In this document: piece after piece, positions 13,201-27,950 of the stretch
Numbering within the stretch: the stretch's first letter is position 1
Layout of the letters: every line of letters starts with the position of its first letter
Assembly: GCA_964187785.1 (NCBI GenBank)
Contig: OZ076409.1
Location: 33,048,001-33,112,000 of the forward strand
DNA length: 64,000 nucleotides
Source: Amphiscolops sp. MND2022
Lineage: Eukaryota
Direction of reading: 5' to 3'
The notes under the pieces: model-generated
The model's input: the letters and a program-made list of their open reading frames with translations, nothing else
Databases searched by the model: none
What the model was told of the DNA's origin: nothing
Program-made: the position numbers and the translations under genes

Positions 13201-16200
13201 TTCTGAAATGTACTTTTAAGCATATTGGCACTTCTTACTTTTTTCAGTTACTTTTTTGCCGGGCGCCTGGAAAAAAACCTTTATTGACACAAATAAAAAT
13301 TCACACCGGATAGTCCATTTAGATTGTCAAAAAGAAAGACAAAGTTCTGTTTTTCTCTTTGCTTTTAGCGTGTCGTATTTTCTTATTGATTGCGAAAAAA
13401 ATCGCTGCCCTCATTTGAGGACAAAATCACTGTCGAGGTTATACAGAAATGATGAAAAACGTAGTAGGAACCACCATGCAAACGTCCTATCTTGCTTGTT
13501 TTTGGCTGCAGACGACATTTTGATGAAAATAACACCAGGAAATTTTTCTCGATTTCCTCATTGTAACTTCGACAGTACATCGAGAAGTCGAAAAGTTGAC
13601 AAATTTTAGTCAAAATTCCTTCAAAGCTTTCTTTCTCCACAAATAATAGCCGCAGCACCAATCGGTTTTCAGTTCCTGAAAGCCCTTTACCTAAGCTTTC
13701 AAATACACACTAGTAAGGTTGCGAGTTGGCGCCACTTGTTGGGGTGAGAGCGCCACTGCGGCGGCGTGGATCCGGCTAAGCCGGGCTTTTCTAATATCGG
13801 TTGAAATCATAACCAAAGCTTCATTGAAAAACTTCTATATGCGTTTTCAATGGTGGCAAACTGTGTTACTAGAGTGGGACAGTAACTTACCAAACAGTTG
13901 CTCAGTTATTGAGAAAAGCGAGTTTTCTGAAATGTACCTCTTTGCAATTTTTCACTTTTTTCAGTTGCTTTTTTGCCAGTGGCTGGGAAAAAAATCTATA
14001 TTGACAAAAATAACAATTCACACCAGATAGTTCATTTAGATTGTCATTAAGAAGAACAATTTTTGTTTTCCTCTATGCTTTTTGCGTGTCGTAATTTATT
14101 TTTGATTGCGAAAAAAATCGCTGTCCTCATTTCAATACGAAATCACTGTCAAGGTTATACAGAAATGCTGAAAAACATAGTAGGAGCCATCATCCAAACG
14201 TCCTATCTTGCTTGTTTTTGGCTGCAGATGACATTTTGATGAAAATAACACCAAAAAGTTTTCCTCGATTTCCTCATTGTAACCTCGACGGTACATCGAG
14301 AAGTCGAAAAGTTGACAAATTTTTGGCAAAATTTCTTCAAAGCTTCCTCTCTCTACAAATAATAGTTGCAGCTACAACCGATTTTCTGTTCCTGAAAGCC
14401 CTTTACCTAAGCTCTCAAATACATACTAGTTAGGTTGCGAGTTGGCGCCACTTGTTTGGGTAAGAGCGCCACTCCGGCGGCGCGGGTCCGGCTAAGCCGG
14501 GCTTTTCTAATATCGGTTGAAATCATAATCAAAGCTTCGATGAAAACTTCTATATGCGTTTTCAATGGTGGCAAACTGTGTTACTAGAGTGGGACAGTAA
14601 CTTAGCAAACAGTTGCTCAGTTATTGAGAAGAAACGAGTTTTCTGAAATGTACTTTTTGGCAATTTTTCACTTTTTTTCAGTTGCTTTTTAGCCAGGGGC
14701 TCGGAGAAAATCAATATTGACACAACTAACAATTCACACCAGTTAGTCCATTCAGATTGTCAATAAGAAAGACCAATTTTCGTTTTCCTCTGTACTTTTT
14801 GCATGTCGTATATTATTGATTGCGAAAAAAATCGCTGTCCTCATTTGAGGACAAAATCACTGTCGAGGTTATACAGAAATGATGAAAACCGTAGTAGGAA
14901 CTACCATGCAAACGTCCTATTTTGCTTGTTTTTGGCTGAAGATGTCATTTTTAGCAAAAACGCCATATTTTTTTCCATTTCCTCAGTTTAAGCTCGGCAG
15001 TAGACAGTAACTTAGCAAACAGTTGCTCAGTTATTGAGAAAAAAACGAATTTTCTGGAAAGTACTTTTTTGCAATTTTTCACTTCTTCTTCAGTTGCTTT
15101 TTTGCCAGTGGCTTGGAAAAAATCAATATTGACAGAAATAACAATTCACACCAGATATTCCATTTAGATTGTCATTAAAAAAGACAATTTTTGTTTTCCT
15201 CTAAGCTTTTTGCGTGTCGTAATTTATTATTGATTGCGAAAAAAATCGCTGTCCTCATTTCAGTACGAAATCACTGTCAAGGTTATACAGAAATGCTGAA
15301 AAACGTAGTAGGAACCACCATCCAAACGTCCTATCTTGCTTGTTTTTGGCTGCAGACGACATTTTGACGAAAGTAACACCAGGAAATTTTTCTCGATTTC
15401 CTCATTGTAACCTCGACAGTACACCGAGAAGGCTGAAAATTGACAAAATTCTGTGCAAAATTTCTTCGAAGCTTCATTTCGCCACAAATAATAGCCGCAG
15501 CACCAATCGGTTTTCAGTTCCTGAAAGCCCTTTACCTAAGCTTTCAAATACACACTAGTTAGGTTGCGAGTTGGCGCCACTTTTTGTGGTGAGAGCGCCG
15601 CTCCGGCGGCGCGGGTCCGGCTAAGCCGGCTTTTCTAATATCGGTTGAAATCATAACCAAAGCTTCATTGAAAAACTCCTATATGCGTTTTCAATGGTGG
15701 CAAACTGTGTTACCAGAGTGGGACAGTAACTTAACAAACAGTTGCTCAGTTATTGAGAAAAAAACGAGTTTTCTGAAATGTACCTTTTTGCAATTTTTCA
15801 CTTTTTTTAGTTGTTTTTTTGCCAGGGGCTCGGAAAAAATCAATATTGACACAAATAATATTTCACACCAGATAGTCCATATGAATTATCAATAAGACAG
15901 ACAAATTTTTGTTTTCCTTTATGCTTTTTGGGTGTCGTATTCTATTATTGATTGCGGAAAAAATCGCTGTCCTCATATGAGGACAAAATCACTGTCGAGG
16001 TTATACAGAAATGATGAAAAACGTAGTAGGAACCACCATGCAAACGTCCTATCTTGCTTGTTTTTGGCTGCAGACGACATTTTGATGAAAAAAAACGCCT
16101 AAAAGTTTTTCTCGATTTCCTCATTGTCACCTCGACGGTACATCGAGAAGTCGAAAAGTTGACAAATTTTTGGCAAAATTTCCTCAAAGCTTCCTTCCTC

Positions 16201-19200
16201 CACAAATAATAGCCGCAGCACCAATCGGTTTTCTGTTCCTGAAAGCCCTTTACCTAAGCTTTCAAATACACATTAGTTAGGTCGCGAGTTGGCGCCACTT
16301 GTTGTGGTTAGAGCGTCACTCCGGCGGCGCTGGTCCAGCTAGGCCGGGCTTTTCTAATATCGGTAGAAATCATAATCAAAGCTTCAATGAAAACTTCTAT
16401 ATGCGTTTTCAATGGTGGCAAACTGTGTTACCAGAGTGGGACAGTAACTTAGCAAACAGTTGCTCAGTTATTGAGAAAAAAACGAGTTTTCTGAAATGTA
16501 CCTCTTTGCAATTTTTCACTTTTTTTAGTTGCTTTTTTGCCAGGGGCACGGAAAAAATCAATATTGACACAAATAACAATTCACACCAGATAGTCCATTT
16601 AGATTATCAATGAGACAGACAAATTTTTGTTTTCCTCAATGCTTTTTGCGTGTCGTATTCTTTTATTGATTGCAAAAAAACTCGCTGTCCTCATAAGAGG
16701 ACAAAATAACAGTCGAGGTTATACAGAAACGATGAAAAACGCAGTAGGAGCCACCATGCAAACGTTCTATCTTGCTCGTTTTTGGCTGCAGACGACATTT
16801 TGATGAAAAAAACGCCTAAAAGTTTCTCTCGATTTCTCATTGTCACCTCGACGGTACATCGAGAAGTCGAAAAGTTGACAAATTTTGGGCAAAATTTCTT
16901 CAAAGCTTCCTTCCTCCACAAATAATAGCCACAGCACCAATCGGTTTTCTGTTCCTGAAAGCCCTTTACCTAAGCTTTCAAATACACATTAGTTAGGTCG
17001 CGAGTTGGCGCCACTTGTTGGGGCGAGAGTGCCACGCCTGCGGCGCGGGCACGACTGCGCCGGGCTTTTCAAACTCGTAGCCAAAGCTTCATTGAAAAAA
17101 ATGGTGGCAAACTGTGGTACTAGACTGGGACAGTAACTTAGCAAACAGTTGCTCAGTTATTAAAAAGAAAACGAATTTTCTGAAATTTACTTTTAAGCAT
17201 ATTGGCACTTCTCACTTTTTTTCAGTTACTTTTTTGCCAGGGGCTTGGAAAAGATCAATATTGACACAAGTAAAAATTCACACCAGATAGTCCATTTAGA
17301 TTGTCCATAAGAAAGACAAATTTTTGTTTTCCTCTATGCTTTTAGCGTGTCGTATTTTCTTATTGATTGCAAAAAAAATCGCTGTCTTTATTTGAGGACG
17401 AAATCACTGTCGAGTTTATACAGAAATGATGAAAAACGTAGTAAGAACCACCATCCAAACGTCCTATCTTGCTTGTTTTTGGCTGCAGACGACATTTGGA
17501 TGAAAAAAAACGCCCAAGTTTTTCTCGATTTCCTCAGTTTAACCTCGACAGTACACCAAGAAGTCAAAAAATTACCAAAATTTTGGCAAAATTTCTTCAA
17601 AGCTTCAATTATCCACAGATATTAGCCGCATCTCCAGCCGATTTTCTGTTCCTAAAAGCCTTCTACCTCAGCTTTCAAATGCAAACTATTTAGGTCGCGA
17701 GTTGGGGCCACTTGTTGGGGTAAGAGCGCCACTCCGTCGGCACGGGCACGGCGCGCCGGGCCTTTCAAACATAGCTTGAACTCATAAATAAAGCTTCATT
17801 GAAAAATATTTCAATATGCGTTTTCAATGGTGACAAACTGTGTTACTAGAGTGGGAGAGTAACTTAGCAAACAGTTATTGAGAAAAAACGAATTTTCTGA
17901 AATGTTTTTTTTTGCAAATTTTCATTTTTTTTTCAGTTACTTTTTTGCCAGTGGCTCGGAAAAAAACCTATATTGACACAAATAACAATTTACACCAGAT
18001 AGTCCGTTTAGATTGTCAATAAGAAAGACAGTTTTTCGTTTTCCTCTATGCTTTTTGCGTTTCGTATTTTATTATTGATTGAGAAAAAAATTGCTGTATT
18101 CATTTCAGCACGAAATCACTGTCAAGGTTATACAGAAGTGCTGAAAAACGTAGTAGGAACCACCATCCAAAAGTCCTAATTTGCTTGTTTTTGGGTGAAG
18201 ATGACATTTATGAAAAAAACGCCAATAGGTTCTTCTCGATTTCCTCAGTGTAACCTCGACAGTACATCGAGAAGTCGAAAAGTTGACAAAACTTAGGCAA
18301 ATTTTCTTCAAAGTTTCATTTCTCCACAAATGATAGCCGCACCTCCAATCATTTTTCTGTTCTTAAAAGCCCTTTACCTAAGCTTTCAAATACACCCTAG
18401 TTAGGTCGCGAGTTGGCGCCACTTGTTGGGGTAAGAGGGCCACTCCGGCGGCGCGGGTCCGGCTACGCCGGGCCTTTCAACTATCGCTTGAACTCTTAAC
18501 CAAAGCTTCATTGAATAAAACTTCAATATGCGTTTCCAATGGTGGCAAACTGTGTTACCGGAGTGGGACAGTAGCTCAGCAAGCAGTTGCTCAGTTATTG
18601 AGAAAAAAAACGAATTTTTTGAAACGTTTGTTTTGCGAATTTTTACTTTTTTCAGTTACTTTTTTGCCAGTGGCTCGGAAAAAAACCTTTATTGACACAA
18701 GTAACAATTCACACCAGATAGTCCATTTAGATTGTCAATAAGAAAGACAATTTTTTGTTTTCCTCTAAGCTTTTTGCGTGTCGTATTTTGATTTTGATTG
18801 CGAAAAAAATCGCTGTCCTCATTTGAGGACAAACTCACTGTCGAAGTTAAACAGAAATGATGGAAAACGTAGTGGGAACCACCATCCTAAGGTCCTATCT
18901 TGTTTGTTTTTGGCTGCAGACGACATTTTGATGAAAAAAACGCCAAAATTTTTTCTCGATTTCCTCAGCGTAACCTCGACAGTACATCGAGAAGTCAAAA
19001 AATCGACAAAACTTTGGCAACATTTCTTCAAAGCTCCATTTCTCCACAAATGATAGCCGCACCTCCAATTGATTTTCTATTCCTAAAACCATTTACCTAA
19101 GCTTTCAAATGCACCCTAGTTAGGTCGCGAGTTGGCGCCACTTGTTGGGGTAAGAGCGCCAATCCGTCGACGCGGGCACGGCGCGTTGGGCCTTTCAAAC

Positions 19201-22200
19201 ATCGCTTGAACTCATAACTAAAGCTTCATTGATTAATACTTCAATATGGGTTTTCGATGGTGACAAACTGTGTTACTAGATTGGGAGAGTAACTTAGCAA
19301 ACAGTTGCTCAGTTCTTGAGAAAAAAACGAATTTTCTGAAATATACTTTTAAGCATATTGGCACTTCTTACTTTTTTTCAGTTACTTTTTTGCCAGGGGC
19401 TTGGAAAAGATCAATATTGACGCAAATAAAAATTCACACCAGATAGTCCATTTAGATTGTCAAAAAAAAACAATTTTTTGCTTTCCTCTATGCTTTTTGC
19501 GTGTCGTAACTTAATATTGATTGAGAAAAAATTGCTGTCTTCATTTCAGCACGAAATCACTGTCAAGGTTATACAGAAATGCTGAAAAACGTAGTAGGAA
19601 CCACCATCCAAACGTCCTAATTTGCTTGTTTTTGGGTGAAGATGACATTTATGAAAAAAGTCCTATATGTTTTCTTTTCGATTTCCTCAGTTTAGCCTCG
19701 ACAGTACACCGAGAAGTCACAAAGTTGACAAATTTTTAGCAAAATTTCTTCAAAGTTTCCTTTCTCCACGAATAATAGCCACAGCACCAATCGGTGTTCT
19801 GCTCCTGAAAGCCCTTTACCTAAGCTTTCAATTACACACTTGTTAGGTTGCGAGTTGGCGCCACTTGTTGGGGTGAGAGCGCCACTCCGGCGGCGCGGGT
19901 CCGGCTACAACGTGTTTTTCAAATATCGGTTGAACTCATAACTAAGGCTTCATTGAAAAAATTTCTATATGCGTTTTCAATCGTTGCGAACTGTGTTACT
20001 AGACTGGGACAGTAACTTATTGAACAGTTGCTCAGTTATTGAGAAAAAACGAATTTTCTGAAATGTAATTTTTTTTGCAATTTGTGACTTTTTCCAGGTA
20101 CTTTTTTGCCAGGGGCTTGGAAACTATCAATATTGACACAAATAAAAATTCACACCAGATAGTCCATTTAGATTGTCAATAAGAAAGACAAATTTTTGTT
20201 TTCCTCTATGCTTTTAGCGTGTCGTATTTTCTTATTGATTGCGAAAAAAATCGCTGTCCTCATTTGAGGACAAAATCACTGTCGAGTTTATACAGACATG
20301 ATGAAAAACGTAGTAGGAACCACCATCCAAACGTCCTATCTTGCTTGTTTTTGCTGCAGACAACATTTCCTCAGTTTAACCTCGACAGTACACCAAGAAG
20401 TCAAAAAATTAACAAAATTTTGGCAAAACTTCTTCAAAGCTTCAATTATCCACAGATATTAGCCGCAGCTTCAATCGAATTTCTGTTCCTAAAAGCCCTC
20501 TACCTAAGCTTTCCAATGCACACTAGTTAGGTCGCGAGTTGGCGCCACTTATTGGTGTAAGAGCGCCACTCCGTCGACGCGGGCACGGCGCGCCTGGCCT
20601 TTCAAACATCGCTTGAACTCATAACTAAAGCTTCATTGAATAATACTTCAGTACGCGTTTTCAATGATGACAAACCGTGTTACTAGAGTGGGAGAGTAAT
20701 TTAGCAAACAGTTGCTTAGTTATTGAGGAAAAAACGAAATTTCTGAAAAGTACATTTTTTGCAATTTGTCACTTTTTTCAGTTACTTTTTTGCCAGTGGC
20801 TCGGAAAAAAACCTATTTTGACAGAAAAAACAATTCACACCAGATAGTCCATTTAGATTGTCAATACGAAAGACAGTTTTTCGTTTTCCTCTAGGCTTTT
20901 TGCGTGTCGTATTTTATTATTGATTGCGAAAAAAATCGCTGTCTTCATTTCAGTACGGAATCACTGTCAAGGTTATACAGCAAAGCTGAAAAACGTAGTA
21001 GAAAACACCATCCAAACGTCCCAATTTGCTTGTTTTTGGCTGAAGATGTTATTTATGAAAAAACTCCAATAAGCTTTATTCGATTTCCTCAGTTTAACCT
21101 CGACAGTACACCAACAAGTCAAAAAGTTGACAAAATTATGGCAAATGTTCTTCAAAGCTTCAGTTCTCCACAAATATTAGCCGCATCTCCAGCCGATTTT
21201 CTGTTCCTAAAAGCCTTCTACCTCAGCTTTCAAATGCAAACTATTTAGGTCGCGAGTTGGGGCCACTTGTTGGGGTAAGAGCGCCACTCCGTCGGCACGG
21301 GCACGGCGCGCCGGGCCTTTCAAACATAGCTTGAACTCATAAATAAAGCTTCATTGAAAAATATTTCAATATGCGTTTTCAATGGTGACAAACTGTGTTA
21401 CTAGAGTGGAAAAGTAACTTAGCAAACAGTTGTTCAGTTATTGAGAGAAAAACGAATTTTCTGAAATATACTTTTAAGCATATTGGCACTTCTTACTTTT
21501 TTTTCAGTTACTTTTTTGCCAGGGGCTTGGAAAAGATCAATATTGACGCAAATAAAAATTCACACCAGATAGTCCATTTAGATTGTCAATAAGAAAGACA
21601 AATTTTTGTTTTCCTCTATGCTTTTACCGTGTCGGATTTTCTTATTGATTGCAAAAAAAAATCGCTGTCCTCATTTGAGGACGAAATCACTGTCGAGTTT
21701 ATACAGAAATGCTAAAAAACGTAGTAGGAACCACCATCCAAACGTCCTATCTTGCTTGTTTTTGGCTGCAGACGACATTTTGATGAAAAAAACGCCCAAA
21801 AGTTTTTCTCGTCGATTTCCTCAGTTTAACCTCGACAGTACACCAAGAAGTCAAAAAATTAACAAAATTTTGGCAAAATTTCTTCGAAGCTTCAATTATC
21901 CACATATATTAACCGCAGCTCCAATCGATTTTCTGTTCCTGAAAGCCCTCTACCTAAGCTTTTCAATGCACACTAGTTAGGTCGCAAGTTGGCGCCACTT
22001 TATGGGGGAAGAGCGCCACTCCGTCGACGCGGGCACGGCGCGTCGGGCCTTTCAAACATAGCTTGAACTCATAACTAAAGCTTCATTGAAGAATACTTCA
22101 ATATGCGTTTTCAATGGTGACAAACTGTGTTACTAGAGTGGGAGAGTTAGTTGCACACAGTTGCTCAGTTATTGAGAAAAAAACTAATTTTCTGAAGTAT

Positions 22201-25200
22201 TATTTTGTGCAAATTTTCATTTTTTTTTCAGTTACTTTTTTGCCATTGGCTCGGAAAAAGCCTATATTGACACAAATAACAATTCACACCAGATAGTCCA
22301 TTTAGATTGTCAATAGGAAAGACAGTTTTTCGTTTTCCTCTTTGCTTTTTGCGTGTCGTATTTTGTTATTGATTGCAAAAAAAATCGCTGTCCTCATTTG
22401 AGGACGAACTCACTGTCGAAGTTATACAAAAATGATGGAAAACGTAGTGGGAACAACCATCCAAACGTCCTATCTTGCTTGTTTTTGGTTGCAGACGACA
22501 TTTCCATGAAAAAAACGCCTATAGGTGTTTCTCGATTTCCTCAGTGTAACCTCGACAGTACATCGAGAAGTCGAAAAGTTGACAAAATTTTGGCAAATTT
22601 TCTTCAAAGCTTCATTTCTCCACAAATGATAGCCGCAGCTCCAATCGATTTTCTGTTCCTAAAAACCCTTTACCTAAGCTTTCAAATGCACCCTTGTTAG
22701 GTCGCGAGTTGACGCCACATGTTGGGGTAAGAGGGCGATTCCGGCGGCGCGGGTCCGGAAACAACGGGCTTTTCAAATATCGGTTGAACTCATAACTAAA
22801 GCTTCATTGAAAAAATTTCTATATGCGTTTTCAATTGTTGCAAACTGTGTTACTAGACTGGGACAGTAACTTATTGAACAGTTGCTCAGTTATTGAGAAA
22901 AAACGAATTTTCTGAAATGTAATTTTTTGCATTTTGTCACTTGTTTTCAGTTACTTTTTTGCCAGGGGCTCGGAAGAAAGATTTTTGACACAAATAACAA
23001 TCCACACCAGATAGTCCATTTAGATTGTCAATAAGAAAGACAAGTTTTCGTTTTCCTCTATGCTTTTTGTGTGTCGTATTTCATTTTTGATTGCAAAAAA
23101 AAATCGATGTCCTCATTTGAGGACAAAATCACTGTCGAGGTTATACAGAAATGATGAAAAACGTAGTAGTGACCACCATCCTAACGTCCTATCTTGCTTG
23201 TTTTTGGCTGCAGACTACATTTTGATAGAAAAGACGCCAAAATTTTTTCTCGATTTCCTCAGCGTAACCTCGACAGTACATCGAGAAGTCAAAAAATCGA
23301 CAAAACTTTGGCAACATTTCTTCAAAGCTTCATTTTTCCACAAATAACAGCTGCAGCTCCAATCGGTTTTCAGTTCCTGAAAGCCCTTTACCTAAGCTTT
23401 CAAATGCACCCTAGTTAGGTCGCGAGTTGGCGCCACATGTTGGGGTAAGAGGGCCATTCCGACGGCGCGGGTCCGGCTACGACGGGCCTTTCACCTATCG
23501 CTTGAACTCATAACCAAAGCTTCATTGAATAAAACTTCAACTTGCGTTTTCAATGGTGGCAAACTGTGTTACCGGAGTGGGACAGTAACTCAGCAAGCAG
23601 TTGCTCAGTTATTGAGAAAAAAAACGAAATTTCTGAAACGTTTGTTTTGCGAATTTTTACTTTTTTTCAGTTACTTTTTTGCCAGTGGCTCGGAACAAAA
23701 ACCTATATTGACACAAGTAACAATTCCCACCAGATAGTCCATTTAGATTGTCAATAAGAAAAACAATTTTTCGTTTTCCTCTATGCTTTTTGCGTGTCGT
23801 AATTTATTATTGTTTGAGAAAAAAATCGCTGTCTTCATTTCAGCACGAAATCACTGTCAAGGTTATACAGAAATGCTGAAAAACGTAGTAGGAACCACCA
23901 TCCAAACGCCCTAATTTGCTTGTTTTTGGGTGAAGATGACATTTATGAAAAAGCTCTCATATGTTTTTTTTCGATTTCCTCAGTGTAACCTCGACAGTAC
24001 ATCGAGAAGTCGAAAAGTTGACAAAATTTTGGCAAATTTTCTTCAAAGCTTCATTTCTCCACAAATGATAGCCGCAGCTCCAATCGATTTTCTGTTCCTA
24101 AAAGCCCTTTACCTAAGCTTTCAAATGCACTCTAGTTAGGTCGCGTGTTGGCGCCACATGTTGGGGTAAGAGGGCCATTCCGGCGGCGCGGGTCCGGCTA
24201 CGCCGGGCCTTTCAACTATCGCTTGAACTCATAACCAAAGCTTCATTGAATAAAACTTCAATTTGCGTTATCAATGGTGGCAAACTGTGTTACCGGAGCG
24301 GGAGAGTAACTCAGCAAGCAGTAGCTCAGTTATTGAGAAAAAAACGAACTTTCTGAAACGTTTGTTTTGCGAATTTTCACTTTTTTCAGTTACTTTTTTG
24401 CCAGTGGCTCGGAACAAAAACCTATATTGACACAAGTAACAATTCCCACCAGATAGTCCATTTAAATTGTCAATAAGAAAGACAATTTTTCGTTTTCTTC
24501 TATGCTTTTTGCGTGTCGTAATTTATTATTGTTTGAGAAAAAAATCGCTGTGTTCATTTCAGCACGAAATCACTGTCAAGGTTATACAGAAATGCTGAAA
24601 AACGTAGTAGGAACCACCATTTAAACGCCCTAATTTGCTTGTTTTTGGGTGAAGATGACATTTATGAAAAAATTCTCATATGTTTTTTTTCGATTTCCTC
24701 AGTGTAACCTCGACAGTACATCGAGAAGTCGAAAAGTTGACAAAATTTTGGCAAATTTTCTTCAAAGCTTCATTTCTCCACAAATGATAGCCGCAACTCC
24801 AATCGATTTTCTGTTCCTAAAAGCCCTTTATCTAAACTTTCAAATGCACCCTAGTTAGGTCGCGAGTTGGCGCCACATGTTGGGGTAAGAGGGCCATTCC
24901 GGCGGCTCGGGTCCGGCTACGCCCGGCCTTTCAACTATCGCTTGAACTCATAACCAACGCTTCAATGAATAAAACTTCAATTTGCGTTTTCAATGGTGGC
25001 AAACTGTGTTACCGGAGTGGGACAGTAACTCAGCAAGCAGTTACTCAGTTATTGAGAAAAAAACGATTTTTCTGAAACGTTTGTTTTGCGACTTTTCATT
25101 TTTTTTCAGTTACCTTTTTGCCAGTGGCTCGGAACAAAAACCTATATTGACACAAGTAACAAATCACACCAGATAGTCCATTTAGATTGTCAATAAGAAA

Positions 25201-27927
25201 GACAAGGTTTCGTTTTCCTCTATGCTTTTTGTGTGTCGTATTTCATTATTGATTGCGAAAAAAAAAATCGATGTCCTCATTTGAGGACAAATTCACTGTC
25301 GAGGTTATACAGAAATGAGAAAAAACGTAGTAGGAACCACCATCCTAACGTCCTATCTTGCTTGTTTTTGGCTGCAGACGACATTTTGATAAAAAAGACG
25401 CCAAAATTTGTTCTCGATTTCCTCAGCGTAACCTCGACAGTACAACGAGAAGTCAAAAAATTGACAAAACTTTGGCAACATTTCTTCAAAGCTTCATTTT
25501 TCCACAAATAACAGCTGCAGCTCCAATCGGTTTTCAGTTCCTGAAAGCCCTTTACCTAAGCTTTCAAATGCATCCTAGTTAGGTCGCGAGTTGGGGCAAC
25601 ATGTTGGAATAAGAGGGCCATTCTGGCGGCGCGGGTCCGGCTACGCCGGGCCTTTCAACTATCGCTTGAACTCATAACCAAAGCTTCATTGAATAAAACT
25701 TCAATTTGCGTTTTCAATGGTGGCAAACTGTGTTACCGGAGTGGGACAGTAACTCAGCAAGCAGTTGCTCAGTTATTGAGAAAAAAACGAATTTTCTGAA
25801 ACGTTTCTTTTGCGAATTTTTACTTTTTTTCAGTTACTTTTTTGCCAGTGGCTCGGAACAAAAACCTATATTGACACAAGTAACAATTCACACGAGATAG
25901 TCCACTTAGATTGTCAATAAGAAAGACAATTTTTCGTTTTCCTCTATGCTTTTTGCGTGTCGTAATTTATTATTGTTTGAGAAAAAAATCGCTGTCTTCA
26001 TTTTAGCACGAAATCACTGTCAAGGTTATACAGAAATGCGGAAAAACGTAGTAGGAACAACCATCCAAACGCCCTAATTTGCTTGTTTTTGGGTGAAGAT
26101 GACATTTATGAAAAAACTCTCATATGTTTTTTTTCGATTTCCTCAGTTTAGCCTCGACAGTACACCGAGAAGTCAAAAAATTGACAAATTTTTGGCAAAA
26201 TTTCTTCAAAGTTTCCTTTCTCCACGAATAATAGCCACAGCACCAATCGGTGTTCTGCTCCTGAAAGCCTTTTACCTAAGCTTTCAAATACACACTTGTT
26301 AGATTGCGAGTTAGCGCCACTTGTTGGGGTGAGAGCGCCACTCTGGCGGCGCGGGTCCGGCTACAACGGGCTTTTCAAATATCGGTTGAACTCATAACTA
26401 AAGCTTCATTGAAAAAATTTCTATATGCGTTTTCAATCGTTGCAAACTGTTACTAGACTGGGACAGTAACTTATTGAACAGTTGCTCAGTTATTGAGAAA
26501 AAACGATTTTTCTGAAATGTATTTTTTTGCAATTTGTCACTTGTTTTCAGTTATTTTTTTGCCAGGGGCTCGGAAGAAATATTTTTGACACAAATAACAA
26601 TTCACACCAGATAGTCCATTTAGATTGTCAATAAGAAAGACAAGGTTTCGTTTTCCTCTATGCTTTTTGTGTGTCGTATTTCATTATTGATTGCGAAAAA
26701 AAAATCGATGTCCTCAGTTGAGGACAAAATCACTGTCGAGGTTATACAGAAATGATGAAAAACGTAGTAGGAACCACCATCCTAACAACCTATCTTGCTT
26801 GTTTTTGGCTGCAGACGACATTTTGATGAAAAAGACGCCAAATTTTATTCTCGATTTCCTCACCGTAACCTCGACCGTACATCGGAAGTCAAAAAATTGA
26901 CAAAACTTTGGCAACATTTCTTCAAAGTTTCATTTTTCCACAAATAACAGCTGCAGCTCCAATCGGTTTGCTGTTCCTGAAAGCCCTTTACCTAAGCTCT
27001 AAAATGCACACTAGTTGGGTCGCGAGTTGGCGCCAATTGTTGGGTTAAAAGCGCCACTCCGTCGGGGCAGGCACGGCTGCGCCGGACCTTTCAAATATCG
27101 GTTGAACTCATAGCTAAAGCTTCGTTGAAAAAACTTCTATATGAGTTTTCAAGGGTGGCAAACTGTGTTACTAGACTGGGACAGTAACTTAGCAAACAGT
27201 TGCTCAGTTATTGAGGAAAAAACGAAATTTCTGAAAGGTACCCTTTTGCAATTTTTCACGTTTTTTCAGTTTTTTTGCCAGTGGCTCGCAAAAAAATCTG
27301 TATTGACACAAATAACAATTCACACCAGATAGTCCATTAGATTTTCAATAAAAAAGACAATTTTTGGTTTTCCTCTATGCTTTTCCCGTGTCGTAATTTT
27401 CTATGGACGTTTCAAGTATCGGTTGAACTCATAACTAAAGCTTCATTGAAAAAACTTCTAAATGCGTTTTCAGTGGTTGCAAGCTGTGTTACTAAAGTGG
27501 GACAGTAAATTAGCTCAGCAAACAGTTGTTCAGTTATCGAGAAAAAAACAAATTTTCTGAACTGTACTTTTTTGAATTTTTTCACTTTTTCCAGTTATTT
27601 TTTTGTCAGTGGCACGGAAAAAAATCTAAATTGACACAAATAACAATTCACACCAGATAGTGCACTAGATTGTCAATAAAAAACACAAATTTTTGTTTTC
27701 CTCTATGCTTTTTGCGTGTCGTAATTTTTTATTGATTGCAAAAAATCGCTGTCCTCATTTAATAACGAAATCACCGTCGAGGTTATACAGAAATTGTAAA
27801 AAATGTAGTAGGAACCACCATCCAAGCGTCCTACTTTGCTTGTTTTTGGCTGCAGACGACATTTTCAGGACAAAGAACGCGAATAAGTTTATTCGATTTC
27901 CTCAGTGTAACCTCGACAGTACACCGA
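10245..27927 (+). repeat. tandem satellite array, ~720-bp monomer (roughly 25 copies, some deleted)
   Basis: The landmark GTTAGGTCGCGAGTTGGCGCC recurs about every 720 bp (e.g. ~18400, 19120, 19845, 20525, 21245, 21975, 22695, 23415, 24135, 24855, 25580, 26300, 27015). Confidence 0.97.
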
Positions 27928-27950
27928 CATTACGATACACATCCCGGTAA
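27928..27950 (+). repeat. left terminal inverted repeat
   Basis: CATTACGATACACATCCCGGTAA, directly at the satellite junction. Confidence 0.85.

Noticed and set aside
18400..18480. GC-rich satellite block as a tRNA or SINE-derived gene
   Set aside because: Only a loose D-arm-like GGTAAGAGCG is present. There is no GTTCRA B-box and I could not fold a cloverleaf.
10896..27950. Dozens of similar 60-120 aa ORFs in the satellite (also in 39.7-64 kb)
   Set aside because: They are incidental translations of a repeated monomer. Frames and stops vary between copies and no domain is recognisable.
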